From an uncultured Pelagibacteraceae bacterium (lineage in GTDB: Bacteria; Pseudomonadota; Alphaproteobacteria; Pelagibacterales; Pelagibacteraceae): a stretch of DNA of 64,000 nucleotides. The position numbers and the translations under genes are program-made. Of this stretch, positions 1 to 8,250 are shown in pieces (the first letter of the stretch is position 1; every line of letters starts with the position of its first letter). The notes beneath the pieces were generated by a model. That model saw nothing but the letters and a program-made list of their open reading frames with translations. It had not been told where the DNA came from and did not search any database. The DNA lies in assembly GCA_902562205.1 (NCBI GenBank), contig CACESO010000004.1, positions 6,665 through 70,664 on the forward strand, written 5' to 3'.

Positions 1-271
1 TCCATTTAGGCTCAATACCAATTACGATTACTGCAGCTACATTTGGATTTCTTCCTGTTCCGATCATTGTTCTAAAGTGAAGCTCTAAGTCTGCTCCAAA
101 TTGTAATCTGCCATATGAATGTGGAAGGGCAATCGTGCCTTTAATATTATTAGCAACTGCTTCAGCACATGCATTTGAAATGTCATCTACTGGAAGAATA
201 ATTACATGATTTCTTGTTCCCGCTCTTCCATTTTCTCTTTTAAAACCTAAAAAACTTTTTGGAATTTGCAT
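1..271 (-). CDS. suyB: (R)-sulfolactate sulfo-lyase beta subunit (UxaA family), 5' part; runs off the window start
   Basis: Not in the ORF track. Read by hand from ATG at 271: [90 protein letters not shown]. This is a UxaA/SuyB-type N-terminus, starting 1 nt after the suyA stop. Confidence 0.85.
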   Translation of the reverse strand, partial: MQIPKSFLGFKRENGRAGTRNHVIILPVDDISNACAEAVANNIKGTIALPHSYGRLQFGADLELHFRTMIGTGRNPNVAAVIVIGIEPKW

Positions 272-272
272 T

Positions 273-560
273 TTACCACTTCTTTGTTTTTACGTTATGG
301 ACGTGAACATGATCGCCTTTTTTAATTGATTTGACAACCTTTCCTATATCGTGTCCATATTTAATTATAGTATCGCCTTCATTAAGATCCTGTAATGCTA
401 TTTTATGGCCCAACGGTATTTCTGCCTCAGATTTTACTTTAGATGATGAGTCGTCTTCCATTATCCAGCAACCACAATCTTGTCCTTTGGTGACTTTTTC
501 GATGACAATTACGCCAACATTATCTTTTTTATCGTGTATAATTATATCTGTTTTTGCCAT
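273..560 (-). CDS. suyA: Sulfolactate sulfo-lyase alpha subunit (SAF domain)
   Basis: SAF motifs [28 protein letters not shown]; directly upstream of the suyB-like gene and next to xsc. Confidence 0.8.
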   Translation of the reverse strand: MAKTDIIIHDKKDNVGVIVIEKVTKGQDCGCWIMEDDSSSKVKSEAEIPLGHKIALQDLNEGDTIIKYGHDIGKVVKSIKKGDHVHVHNVKTKKW

Positions 561-569
561 TGTGACGAT

Positions 570-593
570 TTCTTAGTAGAAACTTGCTAAGAA
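570..593. promoter_or_regulatory. Inverted repeat in the suyA/xsc divergent intergenic region, candidate operator
   Basis: TTCTTAG-N10-CTAAGAA. Confidence 0.3.
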
Positions 594-641
594 TTTATAT
601 ATTAATCATGCGATTGCAAACAAAATTGTAGAGATTTTTTT

Positions 642-2423
642 ATGACCAAAATGACCACAGAAGAAGCTTTTATCAAAGTTCTTCAAATGCACGGAGTTGA
701 GCACGCATTTGGAATCATTGGTTCTGCCTTTATGCCAATTTCAGATTTATTTCCAAAAGCTGGGATAACTTTCTGGGATGTAGCCCACGAAACTAACGGA
801 GGTTTAATTGCAGATGGTTACACTCGAGCAACTGGAAAAATGTCAATGGTAATTGCTCAAAATGGTCCAGGCATCACAGGTTTAGTAACACCTATTAAAA
901 CAGCTTATTGGAACCATACACCTTTATTAGTTGTAACTCCTCAAGCTGCAAACAAAACAATGGGTCAAGGTGGTTTTCAAGAAGTAGAACAAATGAATTT
1001 ATTTAAAGACATGGTTTGTTACCAAGAAGAAGTTAGAGACCCATCAAGAATGGCAGAAGTACTAAATAGAGTTATTGAAAAAGCTTTTAGAGGATCGGCA
1101 CCAGCACAAATCAATGTACCAAGAGATTATTGGACGCAAGTTATAGACATCGAACTTCCTCCTATTGTAAGATTTGAAAGACAAGGTGGCGGAAAAGATG
1201 CAATTGAAAGAGCTTCTAATTTACTATCAAAAGCAAAATTTCCTGTAATTTTGTCAGGAGCAGGAGTTGTTATTGGTGGAGCAATAGAAGAATGTAAAAA
1301 ATTAGCTGAAAAATTAGACGCACCAGTCTGTAATGGTTACCAACACAATGACAGTTTTCCTGGTAGTCATCCACTGGCTGTTGGACCTTTAGGTTACAAC
1401 GGTTCAAAAGCAGCTATGGAACTTATTTCAAAAGCAGATGTTGTTTTAGCATTAGGAACAAGATTAAATCCTTTTTCAACTTTACCAGGTTATGGAATCG
1501 ACTATTGGCCTAAAAATGCAACAATAATTCAAGTAGATATGAACCCAGATAGAATAGGTCTAACAAAAAAAGTCACTGTGGGAATATGCGGTGATGCAAA
1601 ACAAGTTGCACAACAAATTTTAGATAAACTTTCATCTGACGCTGGTAATTCAGGTCGAGATGAGAGAAAAAATTTAATTCACAAAACTAAATCCGCTTGG
1701 CTACAAACTTTAGCTGGGCTAGATCACGAAGAAGATGATCCAGGAACAGTTTGGAATAAAGAGGCAAGAGAAAGAGATAAAGATAGAATGTCTCCTAGAC
1801 AAGCGTGGAGAGCAATTCAAGATGCTCTACCAAAAGACGTAATAATTTCGAGTGACATTGGAAACAATTGTGCAATAGGAAACGCTTATCCAACTTTTGA
1901 AAAGGGGCGAAAATATTTAGCACCAGGTTTATTTGGACCGTGTGGTTACGGATTTCCAGCAATCTTAGGTGCAAAAATTGGATGTCCAGACACACCTGTA
2001 GTTGGTTTTGCTGGTGATGGTGCATTTGGAATAAGTATGAATGAAATGAGCTCATGCGCTAGAGAAGAGTGGCCAGCTATTACCATGGTTATATTTAGAA
2101 ATTATCAATGGGGAGCAGAAAAAAGAAATTCTATTTTGTGGTTTGATGATAACTTTGTTGGTACCGAGCTAGATCCAGAATTAAGTTATGCAAAAGTTGC
2201 GAATGCATGTGGCCTAAAAGGAGTTAGTTGCAAAACAATGGAAGAAACAACAAAAGCGATCAAACAATCTTGTGAAGACCAAAAAAAAGGTATTACAACT
2301 TTCATAGAAATTATTCTAAATCAAGAATTAGGTGAGCCATTTAGAAGAGATGCAATGAAAAAACCAGTTGAGGTTGCTGGAATTAAGAAGAATGATATGA
2401 AGCCTCAAAAGTCTTTAATATAA
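642..2423 (+). CDS. xsc: Sulfoacetaldehyde acetyltransferase (ThDP-dependent)
   Basis: Characteristic MTTEEAFIKVLQMHG..HAFGIIGSA N-terminus, GDGAFGIS ThDP motif, NYQWGAEKRN, ELGEPFRRDAMKKP. Confidence 0.93.
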   Translation: MTKMTTEEAFIKVLQMHGVEHAFGIIGSAFMPISDLFPKAGITFWDVAHETNGGLIADGYTRATGKMSMVIAQNGPGITGLVTPIKTAYWNHTPLLVVTPQAANKTMGQGGFQEVEQMNLFKDMVCYQEEVRDPSRMAEVLNRVIEKAFRGSAPAQINVPRDYWTQVIDIELPPIVRFERQGGGKDAIERASNLLSKAKFPVILSGAGVVIGGAIEECKKLAEKLDAPVCNGYQHNDSFPGSHPLAVGPLGYNGSKAAMELISKADVVLALGTRLNPFSTLPGYGIDYWPKNATIIQVDMNPDRIGLTKKVTVGICGDAKQVAQQILDKLSSDAGNSGRDERKNLIHKTKSAWLQTLAGLDHEEDDPGTVWNKEARERDKDRMSPRQAWRAIQDALPKDVIISSDIGNNCAIGNAYPTFEKGRKYLAPGLFGPCGYGFPAILGAKIGCPDTPVVGFAGDGAFGISMNEMSSCAREEWPAITMVIFRNYQWGAEKRNSILWFDDNFVGTELDPELSYAKVANACGLKGVSCKTMEETTKAIKQSCEDQKKGITTFIEIILNQELGEPFRRDAMKKPVEVAGIKKNDMKPQKSLI

Positions 2424-2427
2424 TTTA

Positions 2428-2889
2428 ATGATTTTTAAAAGAAGAAAAATTCTCAAAATTTTGAGTTATTCTCTCTTGTTTTTTTATCTACCAATAAAAA
2501 CAATCTACGCTGCTACAAAAAAAATTATAAATCAAAATCTTACTAGCCAACAAAAAGATATAATGTTTAATCAAGGAACTGAAAGAGCATTTACCAGTTC
2601 TTTGCTAAACGAAAAAAGAAAAGGTACTTACCATTGTGCTAATTGTGGAGCCTTACTTTTTGACTCAACTGCAAAATATGATAGCGGAACCGGTTGGCCA
2701 TCTTTTACAGAAGCAGTTCCAGGTGCTTTTAATACAAAAGTAGATTATTCATTTGGAATGAAAAGAATAGAATATCATTGCGCAAATTGTGGAGCACACC
2801 ATGGACATGTATTTGCTGATGGCCCCGGAAAAACTGGTAAACGGTTTTGCAATAATGGGCTTTGCTTAATCTTTAAACCATCTCAATAA
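2428..2889 (+). CDS. msrB: Peptide methionine-(R)-sulfoxide reductase with putative Tat-type signal
   Basis: GTERAF, two CxxC zinc motifs, SGTGWPSF, HHGHVF.DGP, RFCNNG; N-terminal KRRKILK plus hydrophobic stretch. Confidence 0.92.
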   Translation: MIFKRRKILKILSYSLLFFYLPIKTIYAATKKIINQNLTSQQKDIMFNQGTERAFTSSLLNEKRKGTYHCANCGALLFDSTAKYDSGTGWPSFTEAVPGAFNTKVDYSFGMKRIEYHCANCGAHHGHVFADGPGKTGKRFCNNGLCLIFKPSQ

Positions 2890-3857
2890 TGTTAGATTTT
2901 TGTATAATAGGATCTGGTATCTCTGGATCAACAATTGCTCACTATCTAAAAAAAAAATATTCAATTAATGTTCACGATAAAGCAAGGGGAGTGGGTGGCA
3001 GAAGTTCTTTTAAGCGATATAAAGGTAAAATAGGCTTTGACCATGGTCTTCAATATTTATCTCCAAGATCAAAGGAATTTAAATCTTTTACCAATAAACT
3101 TATTAAAAAAAAGGTTCTCAAACATTGGAGGGGTAATCATCAATTTTTAAATCAGAAGGTCAAAAGAGACAAAAAACACACTAAATTAATTGGTGTTAAA
3201 GGAAATAACGATATAAGTAAATTTTTACTTAAAAATATTAATTGTAATTTTCAATCAGAGCTATCTCAGGTAAAAAGACAAAAAGATTGTTGGTATCTAA
3301 GATTTAAAGACAATAAGTATATATATTCAAAAAATTTAATCTTATCAATTCCTTTCCCACAAGCAAAAAAACTCTCATCTAAGTTTGTTAAAACAAAACT
3401 TTTTAAAAATAATGTTATAATGAATTCAAGTCTCACAGTTTTATTAATGACCAATAAAACGGCAATTAAAGCCAGCAGTTTTTTTACCAATGACAAAGTT
3501 TTAGGTTGGGTTTCTAAAGAAAATTCAAAAAAAAGATTTAAATATAATAAAGACTTATGGGTGCTTCAAAGTACCTTTGAGTATGGAAAAAAACATACCG
3601 ATAACTACAGAAATAAAAAAAAATTTTACACAAATGTTTTGATTAATAAGTTCAAAAAACTTACAAAAATTAAAATCAGAAAAACATACTTTACCCATAT
3701 ACACGGGTGGAAATATTCCTCTAATTCAAAACCTTTAAATGTACAAAGTTATTGGGACAAAAAAATTGGTCTTGGAATTTGCGGTGACTGGTTTGGTGGT
3801 CCTAGGCTTGAAAATGGGTGGTTGAGCGCAAAAGACCTTTATAGTAAAATTGAGTAA
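2889..3857 (+). CDS. Renalase-like NAD(P)/FAD-dependent oxidoreductase
   Basis: IIGSGISG, DKARGVGGRS, FDHGLQY, HGWKYS, CGDW..G.RLE.GWLS. Confidence 0.8.
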   Translation: MLDFCIIGSGISGSTIAHYLKKKYSINVHDKARGVGGRSSFKRYKGKIGFDHGLQYLSPRSKEFKSFTNKLIKKKVLKHWRGNHQFLNQKVKRDKKHTKLIGVKGNNDISKFLLKNINCNFQSELSQVKRQKDCWYLRFKDNKYIYSKNLILSIPFPQAKKLSSKFVKTKLFKNNVIMNSSLTVLLMTNKTAIKASSFFTNDKVLGWVSKENSKKRFKYNKDLWVLQSTFEYGKKHTDNYRNKKKFYTNVLINKFKKLTKIKIRKTYFTHIHGWKYSSNSKPLNVQSYWDKKIGLGICGDWFGGPRLENGWLSAKDLYSKIE

Positions 3858-3902
3858 ATTAAATATCCAAAGATTGATAGTTTTTTTGGCACAAACAAAC
3901 AA

Positions 3903-4625
3903 TTATTCCCAATCAAATCTTGGGAATGATTTAAAAACTTTTAAAATTCCTTCAGACCATTCATTTGTCATTTTTAAAAATTCTTCATCATTTAAATTTA
4001 AACATTTTTGAGAGGCAATTTTAAATTGGTCTTTTTTATACACCACAAAATCAATTGGTGGACCAACAGTCAAATCACTTTTTAAAGTTGAGTCCATAGA
4101 AATAAGTGCACATCTAGAGGCATCACCTAATTTTACATCTGGAGTTATTACTCTGTCTAATATTGGTTTTCCGTATTTAACTTCTCCAATTACTAAGTAA
4201 GGTTTACTGTCTGCTGGCTTTATATAATTTCCTTGTGGGTATACCAAAAATAACTCCATAGGTTGACCTTTGATTTGACCTCCAACAATAAAAGTTGAAC
4301 CCAGCAATACTGTATCTGTATTCATTCCCTTTGGAGAGGAATGTTTAAGGTTTAAAGACCCCACATATTTTGCAATTTGATCAAAATCCTCACATGAAGA
4401 AAGATTTTTCTTACCAGAATTATCTTTAAGATCTTTTTCTATAGATTTATAAACTGCTTGTGACGTTCCAAGGTTTCCTGAAGTTACTATTAATATAGTT
4501 CTATCACCAACATCATATGTAAACATTTTTGAGTAAATATTTACATTATCAAAACCAGCATTGGTTCGACTATCTGATGCTACTATTATGCCTTCTTTTG
4601 TTTTAATCCCTATGCAATAAGTCAT
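3903..4625 (-). CDS. Proteasome-type Ntn peptidase (Anbu family)
   Basis: N-terminal Met-Thr nucleophile (MTYCIG), ASDSRTNAG, SGNL, LVYPQGNYI, IGEVKYGKPILDR, ALISMDST..SDLTVGPP. Confidence 0.88.
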   Translation of the reverse strand: MTYCIGIKTKEGIIVASDSRTNAGFDNVNIYSKMFTYDVGDRTILIVTSGNLGTSQAVYKSIEKDLKDNSGKKNLSSCEDFDQIAKYVGSLNLKHSSPKGMNTDTVLLGSTFIVGGQIKGQPMELFLVYPQGNYIKPADSKPYLVIGEVKYGKPILDRVITPDVKLGDASRCALISMDSTLKSDLTVGPPIDFVVYKKDQFKIASQKCLNLNDEEFLKMTNEWSEGILKVFKSFPRFDWE

Positions 4626-4671
4626 ATATTTATATGTATTATTTAATTAAACGATGTATTTATAATCGATT

Positions 4672-4707
4672 TATATCATATCTGATATATCTAAAATGCA
4701 TTTGCAT
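4672..4707. promoter_or_regulatory. Two inverted repeats in the Anbu/ATP-grasp divergent promoter region
   Basis: TATATCA-N4-TGATATA (4672-4689) and ATGCA-TT-TGCAT (4696-4707). Confidence 0.4.
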
Positions 4708-4736
4708 AATATGTTTAACTATTAAAAGCTATTAAA

Positions 4737-6182
4737 ATGGTCAATAAATTGTGGAAAAATTATAATGCTAAATATGCTTACGATGGATATTTTACAGAGG
4801 ATAATAAGCTTCGTAAACATGCAACAATAATTTCAAACATTCTAGAAAGATACGGGAAAGAAAAACTTCAAGAAATCGAAAAAAATTGCCAAAGTACTAT
4901 AAGTGCAAGAGGAATTAATTTTAGAGTGTACGCCGCAAATAATAGAGCTGAAGAAAAAAAATGGCCTCTCGATATTATACCAAGAATAATTCCAAGAACT
5001 CAATGGAATAAAGTTGCTAAAGGATTGAAACAAAGAGTAAAAGCTCTTAATTTATTTATTGATGATGTTTACAACCAGAAAAAAATATTTAAGGATAATG
5101 TTATTCCTAAAGAAATAATTTTTAAATCACCTTATTATGTTAAAGAATGTGAAGGCTTTTCTCCGAAATATAAAGCATGGTCAAATATTTCAGGAGTAGA
5201 TTTAATTAGAAATAAATCTGGTGATTATTTAGTTCTAGAAGATAACTTAAGAGTTCCCTCAGGTGTTTCTTATATGCTTGAGAATAGAATGGTAATGAGA
5301 GATGTTTTTCCAGAATTATTTACAAGATATAAAGTTGCTTCCATTAATATTTATACAAATAAGTTATTTAATTGTATGAAAGAGTGTATTCCTAAAAAAA
5401 CAAAAGACCCTCACATGGTTGTTTTAACTCCAGGCATTTATAATTCTGCATACTTTGAACATTCATATTTAGCTGAACAGATGGGTATTGCCTTAGTAGA
5501 AGGAAAAGATCTTTTTGTGGAAAATGATATAGTTTACATGAAGACTGTTAAAGGTCCTTTAAGAGTTGATTGTATATATAGACGTTTGGATGACACTTTT
5601 TTGGATCCAAAAGCATTCTATAAAGGATCAGTTATAGGTGTTCCTGGTTTATTCAAAGCCTGGAGAAAAGGAAACGTTGGAATTTTAAATGCCATAGGAA
5701 CTGGTGTTGCAGATGATAAGGTTGTTTATTCATACGTCAATAAAATGATAGTTTATTATTTAGGAGAACAACCAATTTTAAATCAAGTTGAAACCTATTT
5801 ATGTCATGACAAGATCCAAATGGATTATGTAATAGATAACATATCAAAATTAGTAGTGAAACCTGCAAATGCATCTGGTGGATATGGAATAATGATTGGT
5901 CCAAAGGCACCTCAAAAAGAAAGAGAAGAAGTAATTGCAAAAATAAAAAAGAATCCAAGAGAATTTATAGCTCAACCTTTAGAAATTTTATCTACTGCCC
6001 CAACAATTACCAAAAATGATATTGAACCAAGGCATCTTGACCTAAGACCATTTGTACTTAGTGGAAAATCTACATATGTAACAACTGGCGGTTTGACAAG
6101 AGTTGCATTAAGAAAAGGCAGTACAATCGTAAATAGCTCGCAAGGCGGCGGTTCAAAAGATACTTTAATTGTTGATATCTAA
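4737..6182 (+). CDS. Circularly permuted type 2 ATP-grasp protein (putative peptide/amide ligase)
   Basis: PLDIIPRII, VLEDNLRVPSGVSYMLENR, LTPGIYNSAYFEH, YRRLDD.FLDP, GTGVADDK, LVVKP..ASGGYG, RHLDLRPF, GGLTRVAL..GS.IVNSSQGGGSKDT. Confidence 0.9.
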   Translation: MVNKLWKNYNAKYAYDGYFTEDNKLRKHATIISNILERYGKEKLQEIEKNCQSTISARGINFRVYAANNRAEEKKWPLDIIPRIIPRTQWNKVAKGLKQRVKALNLFIDDVYNQKKIFKDNVIPKEIIFKSPYYVKECEGFSPKYKAWSNISGVDLIRNKSGDYLVLEDNLRVPSGVSYMLENRMVMRDVFPELFTRYKVASINIYTNKLFNCMKECIPKKTKDPHMVVLTPGIYNSAYFEHSYLAEQMGIALVEGKDLFVENDIVYMKTVKGPLRVDCIYRRLDDTFLDPKAFYKGSVIGVPGLFKAWRKGNVGILNAIGTGVADDKVVYSYVNKMIVYYLGEQPILNQVETYLCHDKIQMDYVIDNISKLVVKPANASGGYGIMIGPKAPQKEREEVIAKIKKNPREFIAQPLEILSTAPTITKNDIEPRHLDLRPFVLSGKSTYVTTGGLTRVALRKGSTIVNSSQGGGSKDTLIVDI

Positions 6183-6217
6183 GTTTAAGCAAATAAATTC
6201 TTAAACATAAACAATAA

Positions 6218-7012
6218 ATGATTGAAAAAATAGTTATATTTACTGATTTAGACGGAACTTTATTACATAATGAAACATTTAAATTTGAAAATATAAGGCA
6301 ATACATTCAAAATTTACTATCTAAAAACATATCAATAATACCTAACTCAAGTAAAACAAAAGCTGAGATCTTAAATTTTTGTACCGAGCTAAAGGAAGAA
6401 CTCCCTTTTATTGCTGAAAATGGTGCCGCTATATACAAGATGAACTTAATTAATTCAGATTTTCCTGAGAAAATTATACTTAGTAGAGATAAAGATGAAA
6501 TATTAAATATCTTCTTTAAAAAAATCCCAAAAAAATTTATTTCAAAATGCAAGTTTGTATTAAAACTCAAAAAAGATGAACAGCTTAAAATTTTTGGTTT
6601 ATCTGAGAAACAGCTAAGTTATGCATCTGACAGAGAATTTTCAGTACCTCTTATATTTAAAGGAAATAAGGTAGAAAAAAATAATTTATTTAGATTAGCT
6701 TCTGATATGGGTTTAACAATGCAAGAGGGTGGTCGTGTTATCAATCTTTCTGACAATGTGAGCAAGGCATTTGCAATGAAAAAAGTAAGAAGAATTTTTG
6801 AGAAAACTGAAAAACAAGAATTAAAAATAATAGGAGTAGGAGATAATTTTAACGACCTAGATATGCTTAAAAATAGCGACATAGCATGTTTGGTTTTTAA
6901 CGAAAAGTTTAAGTTAGATACATTGAATATAAAAAATTGTTTAGTTTCTAAAAAGCCTGCTCCAGAGGGGTGGGAAGAAGTTGTCAAAATGGCGCTGGAA
7001 AAAATTCAATAA
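6218..7012 (+). CDS. gpgP: HAD-IIB glucosyl/mannosyl-3-phosphoglycerate phosphatase
   Basis: FTDLDGTLL, NSSKT, PFIAENGA, REFSVP, GGR, GDNFNDLDML; next to the synthase gene. Confidence 0.8.
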   Translation: MIEKIVIFTDLDGTLLHNETFKFENIRQYIQNLLSKNISIIPNSSKTKAEILNFCTELKEELPFIAENGAAIYKMNLINSDFPEKIILSRDKDEILNIFFKKIPKKFISKCKFVLKLKKDEQLKIFGLSEKQLSYASDREFSVPLIFKGNKVEKNNLFRLASDMGLTMQEGGRVINLSDNVSKAFAMKKVRRIFEKTEKQELKIIGVGDNFNDLDMLKNSDIACLVFNEKFKLDTLNIKNCLVSKKPAPEGWEEVVKMALEKIQ

Positions 7013-7029
7013 TGTTATTAAACTAAGAT

Positions 7030-8250
7030 ATGGGTGATTTTTCTCAAAACGGTATAGTTTCTACTCTTCATGATTTTAAGACTAAATCTACTGATGAAAT
7101 TGAAAAAGAATTATTAGAATTTTCGAAAGAAAGAAAAATGGAATTGATATTACCATGTCTTTACTCAGAATTAGAAGGAGAAGCCCTACCAAAAATTGTA
7201 AGCGAAATAAGTAAAACAAAATATTTAAATCATATTATTATCGGTTTAGACAAAGCAAACAAAAGTCAGGCAAAAGATGCATGGAAATTTTTTAAAAAAC
7301 TTAATACTGATTTTACTATTTTGTGGAATGATGGACCAAGACTTCAAAAATTAGATAAAGAGCTAAAAGAAAAAAGTTTAGCACCAAATCAACCGGGTAA
7401 AGGTAGAAATGTTTGGTACTGTTTAGGTATGTCAATTGCAAGAGACACCGCTAGATCTGTTGCTCTTCATGATTGTGATATAAAAACTTACGATAGAAGG
7501 ATGCTTGCTAAACTCTTTTATCCAGTTGTTAATCCAGTGTTTAATTTTGAATTTTGTAAAGGATTTTACCCTAGAATTGCTAATGAAAAAATGAATGGAA
7601 GAGTTGCGAGACTACTTGTTGCGCCATTGTTGATTGCTTTGGAAAAAACAATTGGCAGCAGTGAGTATTTACAATTCATGAAATCATTTAAGTATCCTTT
7701 ATCTGGTGAATTTTCATTTAGAAGAAATGTTTTATCAGAATTAAGAATTTCATCAGATTGGGGTATAGAAGTTGGTGTTCTTTCTGAAATGCAAAGAAAT
7801 TTTTCACCTAATAACATTTGCCAAGTTGATTTAGCAGATACTTATGATCACAAACATCAAGATCTTTCGTTAGATGATGAAACTAAAGGCCTATCTAAAA
7901 TGTCTATAGATATTATTAAAACATTTATTAAGAAATTAGCAACACAAGGAAATTCATTTAGTAGAGAAACATTTAGATCTTTGAAAGCTACTTATTATAG
8001 ATGCGCTTTAGATATGATAGATATTTATAGAAGTGATGCAACAATGAATGGTTTAAAATTTGACTCTCATAATGAGGAAAAAGCTGTGGAATTATTTGCA
8101 ATAAATATAATGAAAGCTGGAGATGATTTTTATGTAAATCCTATGGATACACCATTTATACCTACATGGAGCAGAGTTAAAAGTGCTATACCAGATTTCC
8201 TTACCAAATTAAAAGAAGCAGTTAGTGAAGATAATAAAGACAACTCTTAA
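7030..8250 (+). CDS. gpgS: Glucosyl-3-phosphoglycerate synthase (cyanobacterial/proteobacterial type)
   Basis: MGDFSQNG..STLH, LILPCLYSEL, GKGRNVW, ALHDCDI, GRVARLLV, FKYPLSGEF, DWGIEVG, YDHKHQ, FIPTWSRV. Confidence 0.82.
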   Translation: MGDFSQNGIVSTLHDFKTKSTDEIEKELLEFSKERKMELILPCLYSELEGEALPKIVSEISKTKYLNHIIIGLDKANKSQAKDAWKFFKKLNTDFTILWNDGPRLQKLDKELKEKSLAPNQPGKGRNVWYCLGMSIARDTARSVALHDCDIKTYDRRMLAKLFYPVVNPVFNFEFCKGFYPRIANEKMNGRVARLLVAPLLIALEKTIGSSEYLQFMKSFKYPLSGEFSFRRNVLSELRISSDWGIEVGVLSEMQRNFSPNNICQVDLADTYDHKHQDLSLDDETKGLSKMSIDIIKTFIKKLATQGNSFSRETFRSLKATYYRCALDMIDIYRSDATMNGLKFDSHNEEKAVELFAINIMKAGDDFYVNPMDTPFIPTWSRVKSAIPDFLTKLKEAVSEDNKDNS

